A stretch of 62,928 nucleotides of DNA, the filler included. It is 4 parts of 4 records of this genome, joined end to end, with 100 filler letters (N's around TTAATTAATTAA, not from the genome) between each part and the next. Parts side by side here need not be neighbours in the genome. Positions count along the whole stretch, not along the records: positions 57,404 to 62,928 come from SRR20825006_543; 3 more parts are not named here. One strand, written 5' to 3'. Each line of letters begins with the position of its first letter. Position 1 is the stretch's first letter. The translations under genes were made by a program, and so were the position numbers. The notes beneath the pieces were generated by a model. The model did no database searches. It had not been told where the DNA came from and saw nothing but the letters and a program-made list of their open reading frames with translations. Positions 62,508 to 62,928 of the stretch are shown one piece after another.

Positions 62508-62928
62508 TCAGTCAAACAGACTTGCTGCAGCAGCCTGTTGTGCGGGATCGGTCAGATTGCCGACACGTCGCAGGAACGAGTTCTTTTCCTCGTAATAGCG
62601 TTTGCCAAGATCGGCAAAGCTTTTGACCTCGGCATCGGTATTGATGTGAAATTCGCGTTTGGGCACTTTGGTTGCGGTTTCATCCATCAGGACCGCGCTG
62701 ATTTCCGGATCGATAACATCGGCAACACCGTCAAGCTCGATCCGGTTTTTCAGACTGAACAGAAACTTTTTGAAAGCCGGATGGCGCTGCAAAAATGCTT
62801 TTTCGGTCAGAAGGAAATCATTGGCGGCAAAGTCGGGTGCATTTTTGACAACGAATTCGCGGCAAAGATGATCGGTGGCAAAACACATCGGGCCGAAAAT
62901 GAAATTGCGATAGATGTCTTCTTTAAGC
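62508..62928 (-). CDS. Hypothetical protein, C-terminal part (open to the window edge)
   Basis: Frame open for about 140 codons to the edge, with plausible composition. Confidence 0.55.
   Translation of the reverse strand, partial: LKEDIYRNFIFGPMCFATDHLCREFVVKNAPDFAANDFLLTEKAFLQRHPAFKKFLFSLKNRIELDGVADVIDPEISAVLMDETATKVPKREFHINTDAEVKSFADLGKRYYEEKNSFLRRVGNLTDPAQQAAAASLFD

Overview
The window is not one genome region. It consists of four unrelated contigs joined by 100-nt N spacers, each containing the artificial linker TTAATTAATTAA (20770-20869, 46600-46699, 57304-57403). Taxon labels are inferred from composition and gene content. (1) 1-20769, GC-rich and Rhodobacteraceae-like: a TctD/TctE-type two-component pair, a LysR/SDR/tautomerase unit, an NnrR-controlled NO cluster (nnrU, nnrS, two small membrane ORFs, norDQBC, DUF1858, nnrR, pseudoazurin, nirK, nirV) with two clear NnrR boxes, cbpA/cbpM-like genes and a galactonate (De Ley-Doudoroff) operon. 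(2) 20870-46599, AT-rich and Flavobacteriaceae-like: trkAH, purT, T9SS cargo, an aminotransferase, a desaturase, rsmG, a five-gene Omp28/DUF6029/TlpA cluster, pruA, apaG and nqrABCD. (3) 46700-57303, Alcanivorax-like gammaproteobacterium: degQ, trmH, a CoA-transferase, a 265-bp MITE splitting a small membrane-protein gene, a truncated globin with a DUF962 gene, an esterase, a BCCT transporter and REP elements. (4) 57404-62928, Thalassospira-like alphaproteobacterium: the 3' end of ahcY, a CHM isomerase, an orphan Pol-beta nucleotidyltransferase, a cupin and ktrAB-type genes. The best candidate for an undescribed system is the flavobacterial five-gene cluster, in which every protein is exported and carries a Cys pair (CxxC or Cx4C), suggesting an envelope-spanning thiol-disulfide relay. 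No CRISPR array, rRNA or tRNA was seen. All family assignments come from motif recognition, not database searches.
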